Shown one piece after another: positions 52,931 to 61,673 of a stretch of DNA of 64,000 bases. Position 1 is the first letter of the stretch, and every line of letters starts with the position of its first letter. The position numbers were made by a program, and so were the translations under genes. Below the pieces are notes generated by a model, which ran no database searches, was not told the DNA's origin, and was given only the letters and a program-made list of their open reading frames with translations. Source of the stretch: Acidimicrobiales bacterium (GTDB lineage Bacteria > Actinomycetota > Acidimicrobiia > Acidimicrobiales > SZUA-35); assembly GCA_047971245.1 (NCBI GenBank), contig JBKDZN010000057.1, positions 4,716 through 68,715 on the forward strand, written 5' to 3'.

Positions 52931-54244
52931 ATGCTGCCTACCGTGCGACTCGTGCCGCCCCCCGACCGTTCCGGTGCCCGTTTCGCCGGTGGCCCCCCGG
53001 TGCGGATCGACGGTGAACGCCTGTGGGCGGCGCTGGGTGCACTCGGTTCGATCGGTTCGTACCCCGACCCGGCGACCGGTCTGATGGGGGTCAACCGGTT
53101 GGCGCTGACGGACGCCGACGGAGCGGCCCGCCGCCGGGTGATGGCCTGGATGGCCGCCGCCGGGCTGGCCGTAACCGTCGACGAGATCGGCAATATCTTC
53201 GGTCGCCGTGAGGGGAGCGAGCCGGCCCTGGCTCCGGTCATGACCGGTTCTCACATCGATTCGGTGGCCACGGCGGGCCGGTTCGACGGCTGTCTCGGTG
53301 TGCTCGGCGCGCTCGAGGTGATCCGGGCGATGGGGGACCGCCCGATCCGGCGGCCGGTTGTGGTTGCGGTGTGGACCGAGGAGGAAGGGGTCCGGTTCGG
53401 TACCGACATGCTCGGCTCGGCGGTCGCGGCCGGTCGGATCGACGTGGCCGACGCCCACGCCCTGGTCGACCGGGACGGCACGCGGCTGGTCGACGAACTG
53501 GTGCGTCTCGGGTTCGACGGCAGCCGTCCCGCCGCCATCGCCGAGCCGCCGGCGGCGTACGTCGAACTGCACATCGAGCAGGGACCGGTGTTGGAACGGG
53601 CCGGGCGTCCCCTCGGGGTCGTGACCGGGGTGCAGGCGATCTCCTGGCAAGAGGTGACCGTCCATGGTCGCGCCGCTCACGCCGGCACGACCCCGACCGA
53701 GATTCGTGTCGACGCCGCCGTTGCTGCCGCCGAACTCGTCGTCCACCTGCGCCGGCTGGTCGACTCGGGCCGCTACGGGCAGCTCCGGGCCACGGTCGGC
53801 GCCCTCCGGCTGCATCCGGGGTTGACGAACGTCGTGGCCGAACGGGCCGATCTGACGGTCGACCTGCGCAATCCGGACGACGACGCCATGGCGGCGGCCG
53901 AAGCCGAGGTCGCCGACCACCTGCGTCGAGCGGCTGAGCGTCACGCCGGGTTGCGGATCGAGGCCCGCACGACGGCGCGGACCTCGGCGGTCGGGTTCGA
54001 TGCCGACATGCAGAACCGCATCGAGGCCGCGATCGGTCGGTTGGGTGTCCCGCCGGTGCGTCTGGTGTCGGGGGCGGGCCATGACGCACAGGAGATCGCG
54101 GCCATCGCCCCGACCGCGATGATCTTCGTCCGCGGCCAGTACGACGGGGTCAGCCACAACCCCCGGGAGTTCTCGACCCCGGAGGACTGTGTGGCCGGAG
54201 TGACCGTGCTGGCCGACGTCCTGCTCGAGCTGGCCGACCGGTGA
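52931..54244 (+). CDS. M20-family Zn-dependent amidase of the allantoate amidohydrolase / N-carbamoyl-amino-acid / beta-ureidopropionase group
   Basis: VNRLALTDADG, VTVDEIGNIFGRR, MTGSHIDSVATAGRFDGCLGVLGALEV, WTEEEG and ELHIEQGPVLE. Confidence 0.8.
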   Translation: MLPTVRLVPPPDRSGARFAGGPPVRIDGERLWAALGALGSIGSYPDPATGLMGVNRLALTDADGAARRRVMAWMAAAGLAVTVDEIGNIFGRREGSEPALAPVMTGSHIDSVATAGRFDGCLGVLGALEVIRAMGDRPIRRPVVVAVWTEEEGVRFGTDMLGSAVAAGRIDVADAHALVDRDGTRLVDELVRLGFDGSRPAAIAEPPAAYVELHIEQGPVLERAGRPLGVVTGVQAISWQEVTVHGRAAHAGTTPTEIRVDAAVAAAELVVHLRRLVDSGRYGQLRATVGALRLHPGLTNVVAERADLTVDLRNPDDDAMAAAEAEVADHLRRAAERHAGLRIEARTTARTSAVGFDADMQNRIEAAIGRLGVPPVRLVSGAGHDAQEIAAIAPTAMIFVRGQYDGVSHNPREFSTPEDCVAGVTVLADVLLELADR

Positions 54245-55371
54245 ACCGCGTCCCCCCGATGCCCGGGGACGACCCGGTGCCGGGCACGGGCCGCCCCCGG
54301 GTCACGACGAACCCCCCGGCCTGGTTCGTGGCGACCCGTGACCCGACCTGGCGGAGCCGGGAGCCCGACCGGGCCGCCGTCGAGTTCCACCGGGGTCTTC
54401 CCGGTTACGCCCCGACACCGATCGTCGATCTGCCCGCCGTGGCCGATGCACTGGGTATCGGTCGGGTCGTGGCCAAGGACGAGTCGACGCGCCTCGGCCT
54501 GCCCGCGTTCAAGGCGCTCGGCGCGTCCTGGGCGGTGCACCGGGCCGTGCCGCGGCGGGGACCGTCCGGGCCGTTGACCTTCGTGGCCGCCACCGACGGC
54601 AACCATGGGCGGGCCGTGGCCCGGTTCGCCCGCCGGGCCGGCCATCAGGCCGCGGTGTTCGTGCCCGATGGGGTACCAGCGGCCGCGGTCGAGGCCATCG
54701 GGGGTGAGGGCGCCCCGGTCCGCGCCGTCGACGGTGACTATGACGCGGCCGTTGCCGCCGCCGCTGCGTACGCGGCGGCGATCGGTGGCGTGCTCATCCA
54801 GGACACCGCCTGGGACGGTTACACCGAGGTTCCCCGCACCATCGTCGACGGCTACGGCACCCTGGTCGACGAGCTCGACGAACAGCTCGGCGGTGCGCCG
54901 GACCTCGTCGTCGTACCGACCGGCGTCGGGTCGCTCCTCCAGGCCGCCATCCGCCACTATCGCCGGGGCCCGGCACCGGCGTCGACGATGATTGCGTCGG
55001 TGGAACCGGTGAACGCGGCGTGTGTCCTCCACAGCCTCCGAGCCGGGAAACCCGTCACCGTGCCGACCGGGCCCACGTCGATGGCCGGTCTGAACTGTGG
55101 CACGGTGTCGGCGCTCGCCTGGCCGGACATCGCGGCGGGTCTCGACGCCGCGATCACCGTCACCGACGAGGCCGGTCGGGCGGCCGCCGCTCGCCTCGCC
55201 GCCTCGGGTGTTCCCGCCGGCCCGTGCGGAGCCGCCCCCTTGGCCGCGTTGGACGCGATCGGCGCCCACGCCGAATTGGGCGCCGGGCTGGGCCTCGGCG
55301 ACGGGAGCACGGCCGTCCTGCTCGTCACCGAGGGAGCCGACGCCAACCCGTGGCCGGCCATCGCCGGGTAG
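54241..55371 (+). CDS. Diaminopropionate ammonia-lyase-like PLP enzyme
   Basis: FHRGLPGYAPTPIVDL, KDESTRLGLPAFKALGASWAV (PLP Lys) and ATDGNHGRAVARFA. The GTG start overlaps the amidase stop (GTGA). Confidence 0.7.
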   Translation: MNRVPPMPGDDPVPGTGRPRVTTNPPAWFVATRDPTWRSREPDRAAVEFHRGLPGYAPTPIVDLPAVADALGIGRVVAKDESTRLGLPAFKALGASWAVHRAVPRRGPSGPLTFVAATDGNHGRAVARFARRAGHQAAVFVPDGVPAAAVEAIGGEGAPVRAVDGDYDAAVAAAAAYAAAIGGVLIQDTAWDGYTEVPRTIVDGYGTLVDELDEQLGGAPDLVVVPTGVGSLLQAAIRHYRRGPAPASTMIASVEPVNAACVLHSLRAGKPVTVPTGPTSMAGLNCGTVSALAWPDIAAGLDAAITVTDEAGRAAAARLAASGVPAGPCGAAPLAALDAIGAHAELGAGLGLGDGSTAVLLVTEGADANPWPAIAG

Positions 55372-55444
55372 ACCGTGTTCGCGGTCGCCGACGACGCCGA
55401 CCATGTTCGCGGTCGGGGTGGCCTCGAACGTTGCTCGGGCCTGA

Positions 55445-56344
55445 TCATCGGCCGACCACCAGGTTGAGCGCCTGACGGGCCGCGGCAATGGTGACGGTCT
55501 GGCCCCAGCCGATCCGCAGGGCATCGCTCTCGATGCCGTCCCCGAAGCAGACGAGCTCATCGCTCTCGGCCTGCACGCGCAGGGTCGCGCCGGCGACGAT
55601 GAGACCCTCGGTCAGCTCGGTGCCGGTGGTGAGGCTCGGCCAAGCCTCGCGGGCAAACCAGCACAGTTCGGGGCTGTCGGGCGCCGGCAGGGCGAGCCTA
55701 CTGGCCCGTTCCTGCCAGGCGGAGCGGAGCCAGCCGGTGGCCCCGGTCCCCGTTCCGGCAAGCAGGCCGGACGAGGAGTGGTGCTCCTGGCCCCCGTCGG
55801 GGCTCTCCAGCCGGTACCGGGCCGACTGGTGGCTCCGGTGCCCGAGGTAGATCTCGTTGAGGGCCCGGAGCCGTTGCCCGTCGTCGGTGGTGGCCCCGAC
55901 CATGGTGCGGTGCTCGATCGAGGCCCTACCGGCCGCCGCGGCGCGCAGCAGATCTGCCGCGGCCTCGGGGGCATGGGGTACGAGCACGCCGGGATTGTGG
56001 GCCGGCTCGGGATTGATCCCGATCACCGGTTGCCCGTCGAGGTACTTGGCGGTGTTGGCCACCACCCCGTCCTGGCCGACGACCAGGACCAGATCGTCGG
56101 GAGCGAAGCGGAAGTGGTAGAGGTCGCCGCGCTCCACCTCGGCCCGACGCCAACGGGGTGGGATCGCCGCCCCGGCCAGCTCCCGGGCCCGGCCTATCCG
56201 GGCGTGGGGATCGGCTAGCTCCTCGATGGTGCGACCGCGGCTCTGCAGGAAGAACTCGGCTTGTTGCCGGGTGCTGTGGCGGACCAGCAGCTCGTCGTAT
56301 TCGCTGCGCCGGTACACCTGGACGACACGTGGCTGCAGGGTCAT
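55445..56344 (-). CDS. NAD kinase / diacylglycerol-kinase-fold family protein (divergent)
   Basis: LVLVVGQDGVVANTAKY (a GGDG-like GQDG), ALNEIYLG and GLLAGTGTGATGW. ATG 56344 overlaps the SPFH stop (ATGA). The track ORF 55445-57067 is over-extended. Confidence 0.65.
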   Translation of the reverse strand: MTLQPRVVQVYRRSEYDELLVRHSTRQQAEFFLQSRGRTIEELADPHARIGRARELAGAAIPPRWRRAEVERGDLYHFRFAPDDLVLVVGQDGVVANTAKYLDGQPVIGINPEPAHNPGVLVPHAPEAAADLLRAAAAGRASIEHRTMVGATTDDGQRLRALNEIYLGHRSHQSARYRLESPDGGQEHHSSSGLLAGTGTGATGWLRSAWQERASRLALPAPDSPELCWFAREAWPSLTTGTELTEGLIVAGATLRVQAESDELVCFGDGIESDALRIGWGQTVTIAAARQALNLVVGR

Positions 56345-57378
56345 GACGGCTCGACCGCCGTCTTCGGTCCCCGGCCCCCTCCGGTCAGGCTGGTGGCGAG
56401 CGAGGTGAGCAGGTCGGGGGTCACGACGATCTGCTCGACGGCGGGCAGGTGCCGGGCCAGCTCCTGGGCCGCCAGGGCCAGCATGACGGACGGGTCGACC
56501 CCCTGGTAGGAGGTGTAGCGGGCGGTTTCGGTGGCGGCTTTGGCCTCGCCCAGCAGGCGGGTGGCCTCGGCCTCGGTCTCGGCCCGGAGCCGGCGGAGAC
56601 CGGCGTCTGCTTCGGCGGTGATCGCGGTGGCCGCCGCCTCCTCGGCGGCCCGCCGACGGTCGTTCTGGCCCCGTTGGCCGACGAGGTCCTCCTCCCGGCG
56701 GGCCAGCTCGATCTGGTTCTGCAGCTCGTTTTCGGCGATCGACCGTTCCCGCTCGACTGCGACGGCCCGGCGCTCGTAGGTGGCCCGATCGGCCTCCTGC
56801 TGCACCTGTTCCCGGGTCTGGGTCTGCATCGCCCGTTCCACCTCGGGGTCGGTGCGGATGGCCACGACCCGCACGTCGGACACCTCGATGCCCCGCTCGG
56901 TCAGTCGGGCGTCGGCGGCGAGTGCCCTGGTGATCATGTCGCGGACCGGGGCCAGGCCGTCGGCCAACGCCTCCCGCATGGTCATGCCGGCCAGCTGTTC
57001 CACCGCCGGCTGCTGGGCCAGCTCGGTGAGCAGGTCGCCCAGGGTCTCCAGGGGCACGTTGTTCCACGCCCCGGTGTTCGGGTTCACCCCGAAATCGATC
57101 CGGGTGGTGGCCAGGGCCGGATCGACGATCCGGTAGCTCACCGTCGCCTGGACAGTGACGTCCTGGAAGTCGGCGGTGCGGGCGTGGAACAGCAGGGCCT
57201 GCTCCCGATCGTCGAGGGGGACCTGGCTGAGGGCTGCGGTCTGTGGCCGGAACCAGAACGCCGTTCCCACCCCTTCGTGGGCGACGTCACCGTTGCGGAG
57301 GTGGCGCACGTACATGTTCGGGTCCGACCGGAGATGCCGGGCGAAGGGAACCAGCGGGTGGCGTGTGATGTCGGCCAT
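56341..57378 (-). CDS. SPFH/band-7 domain protein with a long Glu/Arg/Ala coiled-coil tail
   Basis: FQDVTVQATVSYRIVDP, GIEVSDVRVVAIRTDPEVERAM and then ERRAVAVERERSIAENELQNQIELARREE. No N-terminal TM helix is obvious. Confidence 0.8.
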   Translation of the reverse strand: MADITRHPLVPFARHLRSDPNMYVRHLRNGDVAHEGVGTAFWFRPQTAALSQVPLDDREQALLFHARTADFQDVTVQATVSYRIVDPALATTRIDFGVNPNTGAWNNVPLETLGDLLTELAQQPAVEQLAGMTMREALADGLAPVRDMITRALAADARLTERGIEVSDVRVVAIRTDPEVERAMQTQTREQVQQEADRATYERRAVAVERERSIAENELQNQIELARREEDLVGQRGQNDRRRAAEEAAATAITAEADAGLRRLRAETEAEATRLLGEAKAATETARYTSYQGVDPSVMLALAAQELARHLPAVEQIVVTPDLLTSLATSLTGGGRGPKTAVEPS

Positions 57379-57393
57379 GACCGTCTCCTTATC

Positions 57394-57437
57394 GTCGTTC
57401 TGACGACAACAGTACGACTCGGTGGACTAATCGTCAA
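57394..57437 (-). promoter_or_regulatory. Candidate promoter and operator of the SPFH operon
   Basis: On the minus strand, TTGACG (57432-57437), a 17-nt spacer, then TACTGT (57409-57414). The inverted repeat GTCGT-N4-ACGAC (57394-57407) covers the predicted start site. RBS AAGGAGA at 57384-57390. A divergent TGGACT-N18-TATGAT (57423-57452) could serve the Nudix gene. Confidence 0.4.
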
Positions 57438-57533
57438 GATGATGATTATGATCGGGCCATCACCGCCGACACCGACACCGACACCGGGCACCGCACCTCG
57501 AATCGTGATGCGCCCGGTCCGCCCACCTACGCC

Positions 57534-58208
57534 GTGGCCGTCGACCTGGTCGTGCTCACGGTGCGGCGTGGCACCCTGTCCGTCCTGCTGGTCGAGCGCG
57601 GCGTTTCCCCGTTCAAGGGGCGTCCGGCGCTCCCGGGGGGATTCGTCCTCCCGGCGGAGGAGTTGGCCGAGGCGGCGCGGCGGGAATTGGCCGAGGAGAC
57701 CGGGATCGCCGACGAGCGGGTGCACATCGAGCAGCTCGCCACCTACGGGCGGCCAGGGCGTGACCCGCGGGGGCGGGTGGTCAGTGTCGCCTACCTCGCC
57801 CTGGTGCCGGACCTTCCCGAACCCTCGGCCGGCTCGGACGCGTCCGGTGCCTCATGGCAGCCGGTCAACGGGCTGCTCGGCCACCCTCGGAGCCTGGCCT
57901 TCGATCATCACGAGATCCTGGCCGACGCGGTGGAACGGGCCCGGTCCAAGCTCGAGTACTCCCCGATCGGCGCGGCGTTCTGCCCGGCGGAGTTCACCAT
58001 CAACGAGCTGCGCCAGGTGTACGAGGTGGTCTGGGACTGCGAACTCGACCCCCGCAACTTCCACCGCAAGATCACCAGCACGGCCGACTTCGTGGAACCC
58101 ACCGGCCGCCGCACCACCCGCCAGGGCGGCCGACCGGCCGCCCTCTACCGGCTCGGGACGGCCCGGTTGCTCCACCCACCCATGCTCCGACCGGGCCACC
58201 CGGACTGA
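57534..58208 (+). CDS. NrtR-like protein: Nudix hydrolase domain fused to a C-terminal winged-helix domain
   Basis: Intact Nudix box GGFVLPAEELAEAARRELAEETGI. C-terminal FTINELRQVYEVVWDCELDPRNFHRKI is typical of NrtR-family regulators. Confidence 0.8.
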   Translation: MAVDLVVLTVRRGTLSVLLVERGVSPFKGRPALPGGFVLPAEELAEAARRELAEETGIADERVHIEQLATYGRPGRDPRGRVVSVAYLALVPDLPEPSAGSDASGASWQPVNGLLGHPRSLAFDHHEILADAVERARSKLEYSPIGAAFCPAEFTINELRQVYEVVWDCELDPRNFHRKITSTADFVEPTGRRTTRQGGRPAALYRLGTARLLHPPMLRPGHPD

Positions 58209-58261
58209 CCGCCGGTGGGCCTCGCCGGTTCGCCGGGAGCGCGGCGGGTGACCCCACGTCG

Positions 58262-58307
58262 TTCTGACCGTGGATGCTCCGGGAACCTGGAGGTTCCACG
58301 GTCAGAA
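58262..58307. terminator. Long hairpin between the convergent Nudix and ABC exporter genes
   Basis: TTCTGACCGTGGA-tgCTCCgggaacctGGAGgt-TCCACGGTCAGAA has 13-bp perfect outer arms plus an inner 4-bp stem. Confidence 0.6.
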
Positions 58308-58311
58308 GTCG

Positions 58312-60132
58312 TCAGGCCGCGGGACGGGCGGCGCCGGGAGCGGAGGCCCGGGCCAGCAGGGCCCGGTACGGTCCGTCGAGCGAGGCCAGGACCTCGGGCC
58401 GACCGCGTTCCACCACCCGTCCCCCGTCGACGACGATCACCTCGTCGGCGCCGGCGACCGTGGACAGGCGGTGGGCGATCGTCACCGTGGTCCGGCCGGC
58501 GGCCAATCGGTCGAGGGCGTCCTGGAGGGCGGCTTCGGTGGCGTTGTCGAGGGCGGAGGTGGCCTCGTCGAGGACCAGGATCGGGGGGTCCCGCAGGATG
58601 GTCCGGGCGACGGCCAGCCGCTGTTGTTCACCCCCGGAGAAGCGGTGGCCGCGCGATCCGACCATGGTGTCCAGTCCGTCGGGCAGGCCCGCGATCACGT
58701 CGGCCACCTGGGCGGCGGCCAGGGCCTCCCACAGCTGGTCATCGGTGGCGTCGGGGCGGGCCAGCCGCAGGTTGTCGCGGACCGAGGTGTGGAGCAGGTA
58801 CGTCTCCTGGCTGACCACACCGACCAGTTCCGACAACTGTTCCGGGTCGATTGACCGGAGGTCGACCCCGTCGATCGTGACGGTGCCTTCGGTGGGGTCG
58901 AACAGTCGCACGGCGAGGCCGGCCAGGGTTGATTTGCCGGAGCCGGTGTGGCCGACGATGGCCAGCGAACCGCCTGGGGGTACGACCGCGGACACGTCGG
59001 TGACCGCGTCGACGGCGGCACCCGGGTACCGGAAGCTGACCCGGTCGAATCGGAGCTCGCCCCGGGGGGCGACCAGCCGGACCGGCTCGTCGGGGGCGGG
59101 CACATCGGGGACAAGGTCGAGGTATTCGAAGATCCGGCTGAACAGGGCCATCGAGCTGATGACCTGGGCGCCGATGTTGAGCAGGCCCATGAGGGGGCGG
59201 AAGACCGCGCTCTGGAGGGCGATGAAGGCGATCAGGGTGCCGATCGTCATCCCGTTGCTGGTAACCGGGAGACCGGCGGCCAGGTAGATGAGGGCGGGGA
59301 TGGTGGCGAAAATGATCTGCATCGTTCCCATCCGCCACTGCCCGGCCAGTTGGGACTGGAGTTCGAGGTCGATCAGGCGGGAGGAGGTGGCGGTGAAACG
59401 CTGGGCGTTGCGCCCGTCGGCGCCGAGCGTCTTCGACAGCCGGACCCCACTGGCCGACAGGCTCTCCTCGATCTGGGTGTTGAGGTCGGCCAGGGCGGCC
59501 TGTTGGGCGCTGGTGATCCGCCGCCGGGTGAGGGCCACCCGACGGGTCAGCAGCACCGCCGGGGGGAGGACGACCAGGGTGATCAGTGACAGCCGCCAGC
59601 TGAGCGCCACCATGGCGATGGCGGTGGCCACCGTGGTGGTCAGGTTGGAGGCGATGGAGGTGGCCGTGGAGGTGACGACCCCGTTGAGGCCGCCGATGTC
59701 GTTGATGATCCGGGACTGGATCTCGCCCTGACGGTTGCCGATGAAAAAGCCGAGCGACTGGCGTTGCAGGTGGGTGAAGACGCGGGTGCGGAGGCGGTGC
59801 ATGACCCGCTGACCTATGTTGGCCGACAGCCAGGTCTGCACCACGCCGAGGGCCACGCCCGCGGCGGCGATCGCCACCATTCCCCCGACCGACCAGGCCA
59901 GGAGCGGGACGTCTTGATCGGGGATGGCGACGTCGACCACCTGGCGGACCAGGAACGGTTGACCCAGTCCGATCAGCGACGAGACCACGATCAGGGCGGT
60001 GACGACGGCAATGGTGGCACCGTGCCCGTCGAACAGCGACACGATCCGCCGTAGCGACACCGGGGCGGCCGCCAGTTGTGACCGGTCTTCAGGGTTGATG
60101 CGTCGGGCGACGGCTCCGGGCGGTGGCGGCAT
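58312..60132 (-). CDS. ABC exporter, fused permease/ATPase (MsbA/multidrug type)
   Basis: Six N-terminal TM helices. GHTGSGKST, FSGGEQQRLAVAR and ILVLDEATSALD. Confidence 0.9.
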   Translation of the reverse strand: MPPPPGAVARRINPEDRSQLAAAPVSLRRIVSLFDGHGATIAVVTALIVVSSLIGLGQPFLVRQVVDVAIPDQDVPLLAWSVGGMVAIAAAGVALGVVQTWLSANIGQRVMHRLRTRVFTHLQRQSLGFFIGNRQGEIQSRIINDIGGLNGVVTSTATSIASNLTTTVATAIAMVALSWRLSLITLVVLPPAVLLTRRVALTRRRITSAQQAALADLNTQIEESLSASGVRLSKTLGADGRNAQRFTATSSRLIDLELQSQLAGQWRMGTMQIIFATIPALIYLAAGLPVTSNGMTIGTLIAFIALQSAVFRPLMGLLNIGAQVISSMALFSRIFEYLDLVPDVPAPDEPVRLVAPRGELRFDRVSFRYPGAAVDAVTDVSAVVPPGGSLAIVGHTGSGKSTLAGLAVRLFDPTEGTVTIDGVDLRSIDPEQLSELVGVVSQETYLLHTSVRDNLRLARPDATDDQLWEALAAAQVADVIAGLPDGLDTMVGSRGHRFSGGEQQRLAVARTILRDPPILVLDEATSALDNATEAALQDALDRLAAGRTTVTIAHRLSTVAGADEVIVVDGGRVVERGRPEVLASLDGPYRALLARASAPGAARPAA

Positions 60133-60194
60133 GCGGGCTCCCTTCGTGCTGGGTGAACCACTCGAACAACCATGGTCAGGTCTTTCGAATATGG

Positions 60195-60223
60195 TGAGGC
60201 TACCTCATTATGTAGTTGGCTCA
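60195..60223. promoter_or_regulatory. Imperfect 29-bp palindrome in the MarR / ABC-exporter divergent region
   Basis: TGAGGCTACCTCATTATGTAGTTGGCTCA has an inner perfect TGAGG-cta-CCTCA and outer TGAG...CTCA arms. This is relatively AT-rich intergenic DNA. Confidence 0.35.
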
Positions 60224-60254
60224 CAACCTTCCGGGTTCGGGCTAGAGTGGCCCC

Positions 60255-60749
60255 ATGCGAGCATCCGGGAGGCGGCCATCCGGCCCGCTGGACAGCAGCG
60301 CCGACGTCCACGGTGACGAACCGGCGTTGGGGGATCTGGTGTTCCGGGTCACCCGCCGCTTGCGGCACTCGTCGTTCGAGGTCACCGCGCCTTTCGGGCT
60401 CAATCCTCATCAGGTCCGGGCCATGCGGGTGATCCAGGGTGGCGGTGACGACGGGATCCGTCCGACCGTCATGGCCCGACGCCTCATGATCACGCCCCGG
60501 TCCGCCACCGAGGTGATCGACGCTCTGGTGGCCAAGGGACTGGCCGAGCGGGGCCCCGATCCGGCCGACCGGCGGGCCGTGCGGGTCACGCTCTCGCCGG
60601 ACGGGCGTGAACTGGTCCGGTCGGCCGAGGCGGCCCGGACGAAGGCGCACACCGAGGTGTTCAGCTGTCTGACCGAGACCGAACAGGCGACGCTCCGCAC
60701 CCTGCTCACCAGGGTCGACTCACCGGCCCCGGGGGCCGAACTCGCGTAA
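60255..60749 (+). CDS. MarR-family transcriptional regulator
   Basis: wHTH VMARRLMITPRSATEVIDALVAKGLAERGPDPADRRAVRVTLSPDGREL. Confidence 0.85.
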   Translation: MRASGRRPSGPLDSSADVHGDEPALGDLVFRVTRRLRHSSFEVTAPFGLNPHQVRAMRVIQGGGDDGIRPTVMARRLMITPRSATEVIDALVAKGLAERGPDPADRRAVRVTLSPDGRELVRSAEAARTKAHTEVFSCLTETEQATLRTLLTRVDSPAPGAELA

Positions 60750-60786
60750 CCTCATCGGAGGCGGTTCTCTGCTCACAGCCTGCTGG

Positions 60787-61368
60787 TCAGGTCCGTCGCG
60801 CCGTCCCGGTGCTGCAGTGCGCGTCCGGCGACAGTATCGGGTGCATCGGACCACGATCATGCGGGCATTGGAGCGGGAGGGCGTGCGTGCTCGGGTGAAG
60901 GCTGGGGTTGTATTGCGCCCTCGTGGTCGGTCGTGAGGTCGTCGACGGGGATACCTGCTCCAGCTGGAGCGACCAGATCTTCATGTTCGGATGATTCTGG
61001 GCCAGGCTCGTCAGATCTGTCTTGTCGGCTGTTGTGATGAGTGCGCCACCGAGCCTGACGGCCGTTGCGACAACCATCGCGTCGACGGCTGAACCACGCC
61101 CTGCGGTGGCGCGGAGCTGGCCAGCAAGGCGAGCGATTGGAAGCGTTAGCGGAACGACTTCGAGGAGATTGACGAGTCGGTCGATCGAGGCGTCGGGGCC
61201 GGTGCCGCGGTAGGTTTCTGCGAGGACGGGCAACGGGACCGCGATGGTCGCGTTGTCTTGACGGGATCGAGAAGTGATAGCCGCGGCGCGTAGGCGAGTA
61301 GCGCCCCGGTCGGTTGGGTTGGCGAGGGCGCTGACGGCTTCGGCGTCGAGGATCAGGAGGCGCGCCAT
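60787..61368 (-). CDS. PIN-domain toxin (VapC-like) with an unusual 60-aa C-terminal extension
   Basis: Acidic quartet in ILDAEAV, VLAETYR, AVDAMVVATA and TTADKTDL. The canonical domain ends near ...MKIWSL. The tail runs antisense through an HTH gene remnant. Confidence 0.7.
   Translation of the reverse strand: MARLLILDAEAVSALANPTDRGATRLRAAAITSRSRQDNATIAVPLPVLAETYRGTGPDASIDRLVNLLEVVPLTLPIARLAGQLRATAGRGSAVDAMVVATAVRLGGALITTADKTDLTSLAQNHPNMKIWSLQLEQVSPSTTSRPTTRAQYNPSLHPSTHALPLQCPHDRGPMHPILSPDAHCSTGTARRT
60817..60936 (+). pseudogene. Remnant of a recombinase/transposase-associated HTH gene
   Basis: The frame reads ...RRQYRVHRTTIMRALEREGVRARVKAGVVLRPRGRS*, which resembles the (Y/F)G(V/I)HR.T(V/I).R.L.R.G(V/I) helix-turn-helix of small actinobacterial recombinase-linked proteins. 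No complete ORF. Confidence 0.3.
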
Positions 61369-61598
61369 GCCGCATCGGCTTCGGTCACGAGCTCGGTTGG
61401 GACCGGACCGACCTCGTCGGCGATTTCGGCGAGCACGCGATCAAGTCCGCTTGCGGCAAGCTTCTTACGCAGCGCGTCGGCAACCCAGGCGTCAACCCCC
61501 GAGCCTGCCTCCGACTGGAGGCGTTCGATCAGATCCTCGGGAGGATCAAAGGTTACCTTTGCCACAAGGCCAGCCTGCTGCTTGAGCGCTCGCCCCAT
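61353..61598 (-). CDS. Antitoxin (VapB-like, probable RHH/CopG type)
   Basis: MGRALKQQAGLVAKVTFDPPEDLIERLQSEA.... Overlaps the PIN gene start by 16 nt. The track ORF opens earlier, at 61658. Confidence 0.6.
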   Translation of the reverse strand: MGRALKQQAGLVAKVTFDPPEDLIERLQSEAGSGVDAWVADALRKKLAASGLDRVLAEIADEVGPVPTELVTEADAAWRAS

Positions 61599-61673
61599 CT
61601 TGTAGCGGATCCGAGCTGGGAGCCGAGGATGTTCCGGCGGAGCCGGAACTCCAAGCAACCCGCAGGGTTGCCG

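Noticed and set aside
55445-57067. 540-aa minus-strand ORF
   Set aside because: The N-terminal 240 codons overlap the SPFH gene out of frame and are Arg/Gly/Pro-rich. The real gene starts at ATG 56344, coupled to the SPFH stop.
57455-57495. CACCGA microsatellite (caccgccgacaccgacaccgacaccgggcaccgcacc) in the Nudix leader
   Set aside because: It has only about three clean units. That is too short and degenerate to argue for a function beyond local slippage.
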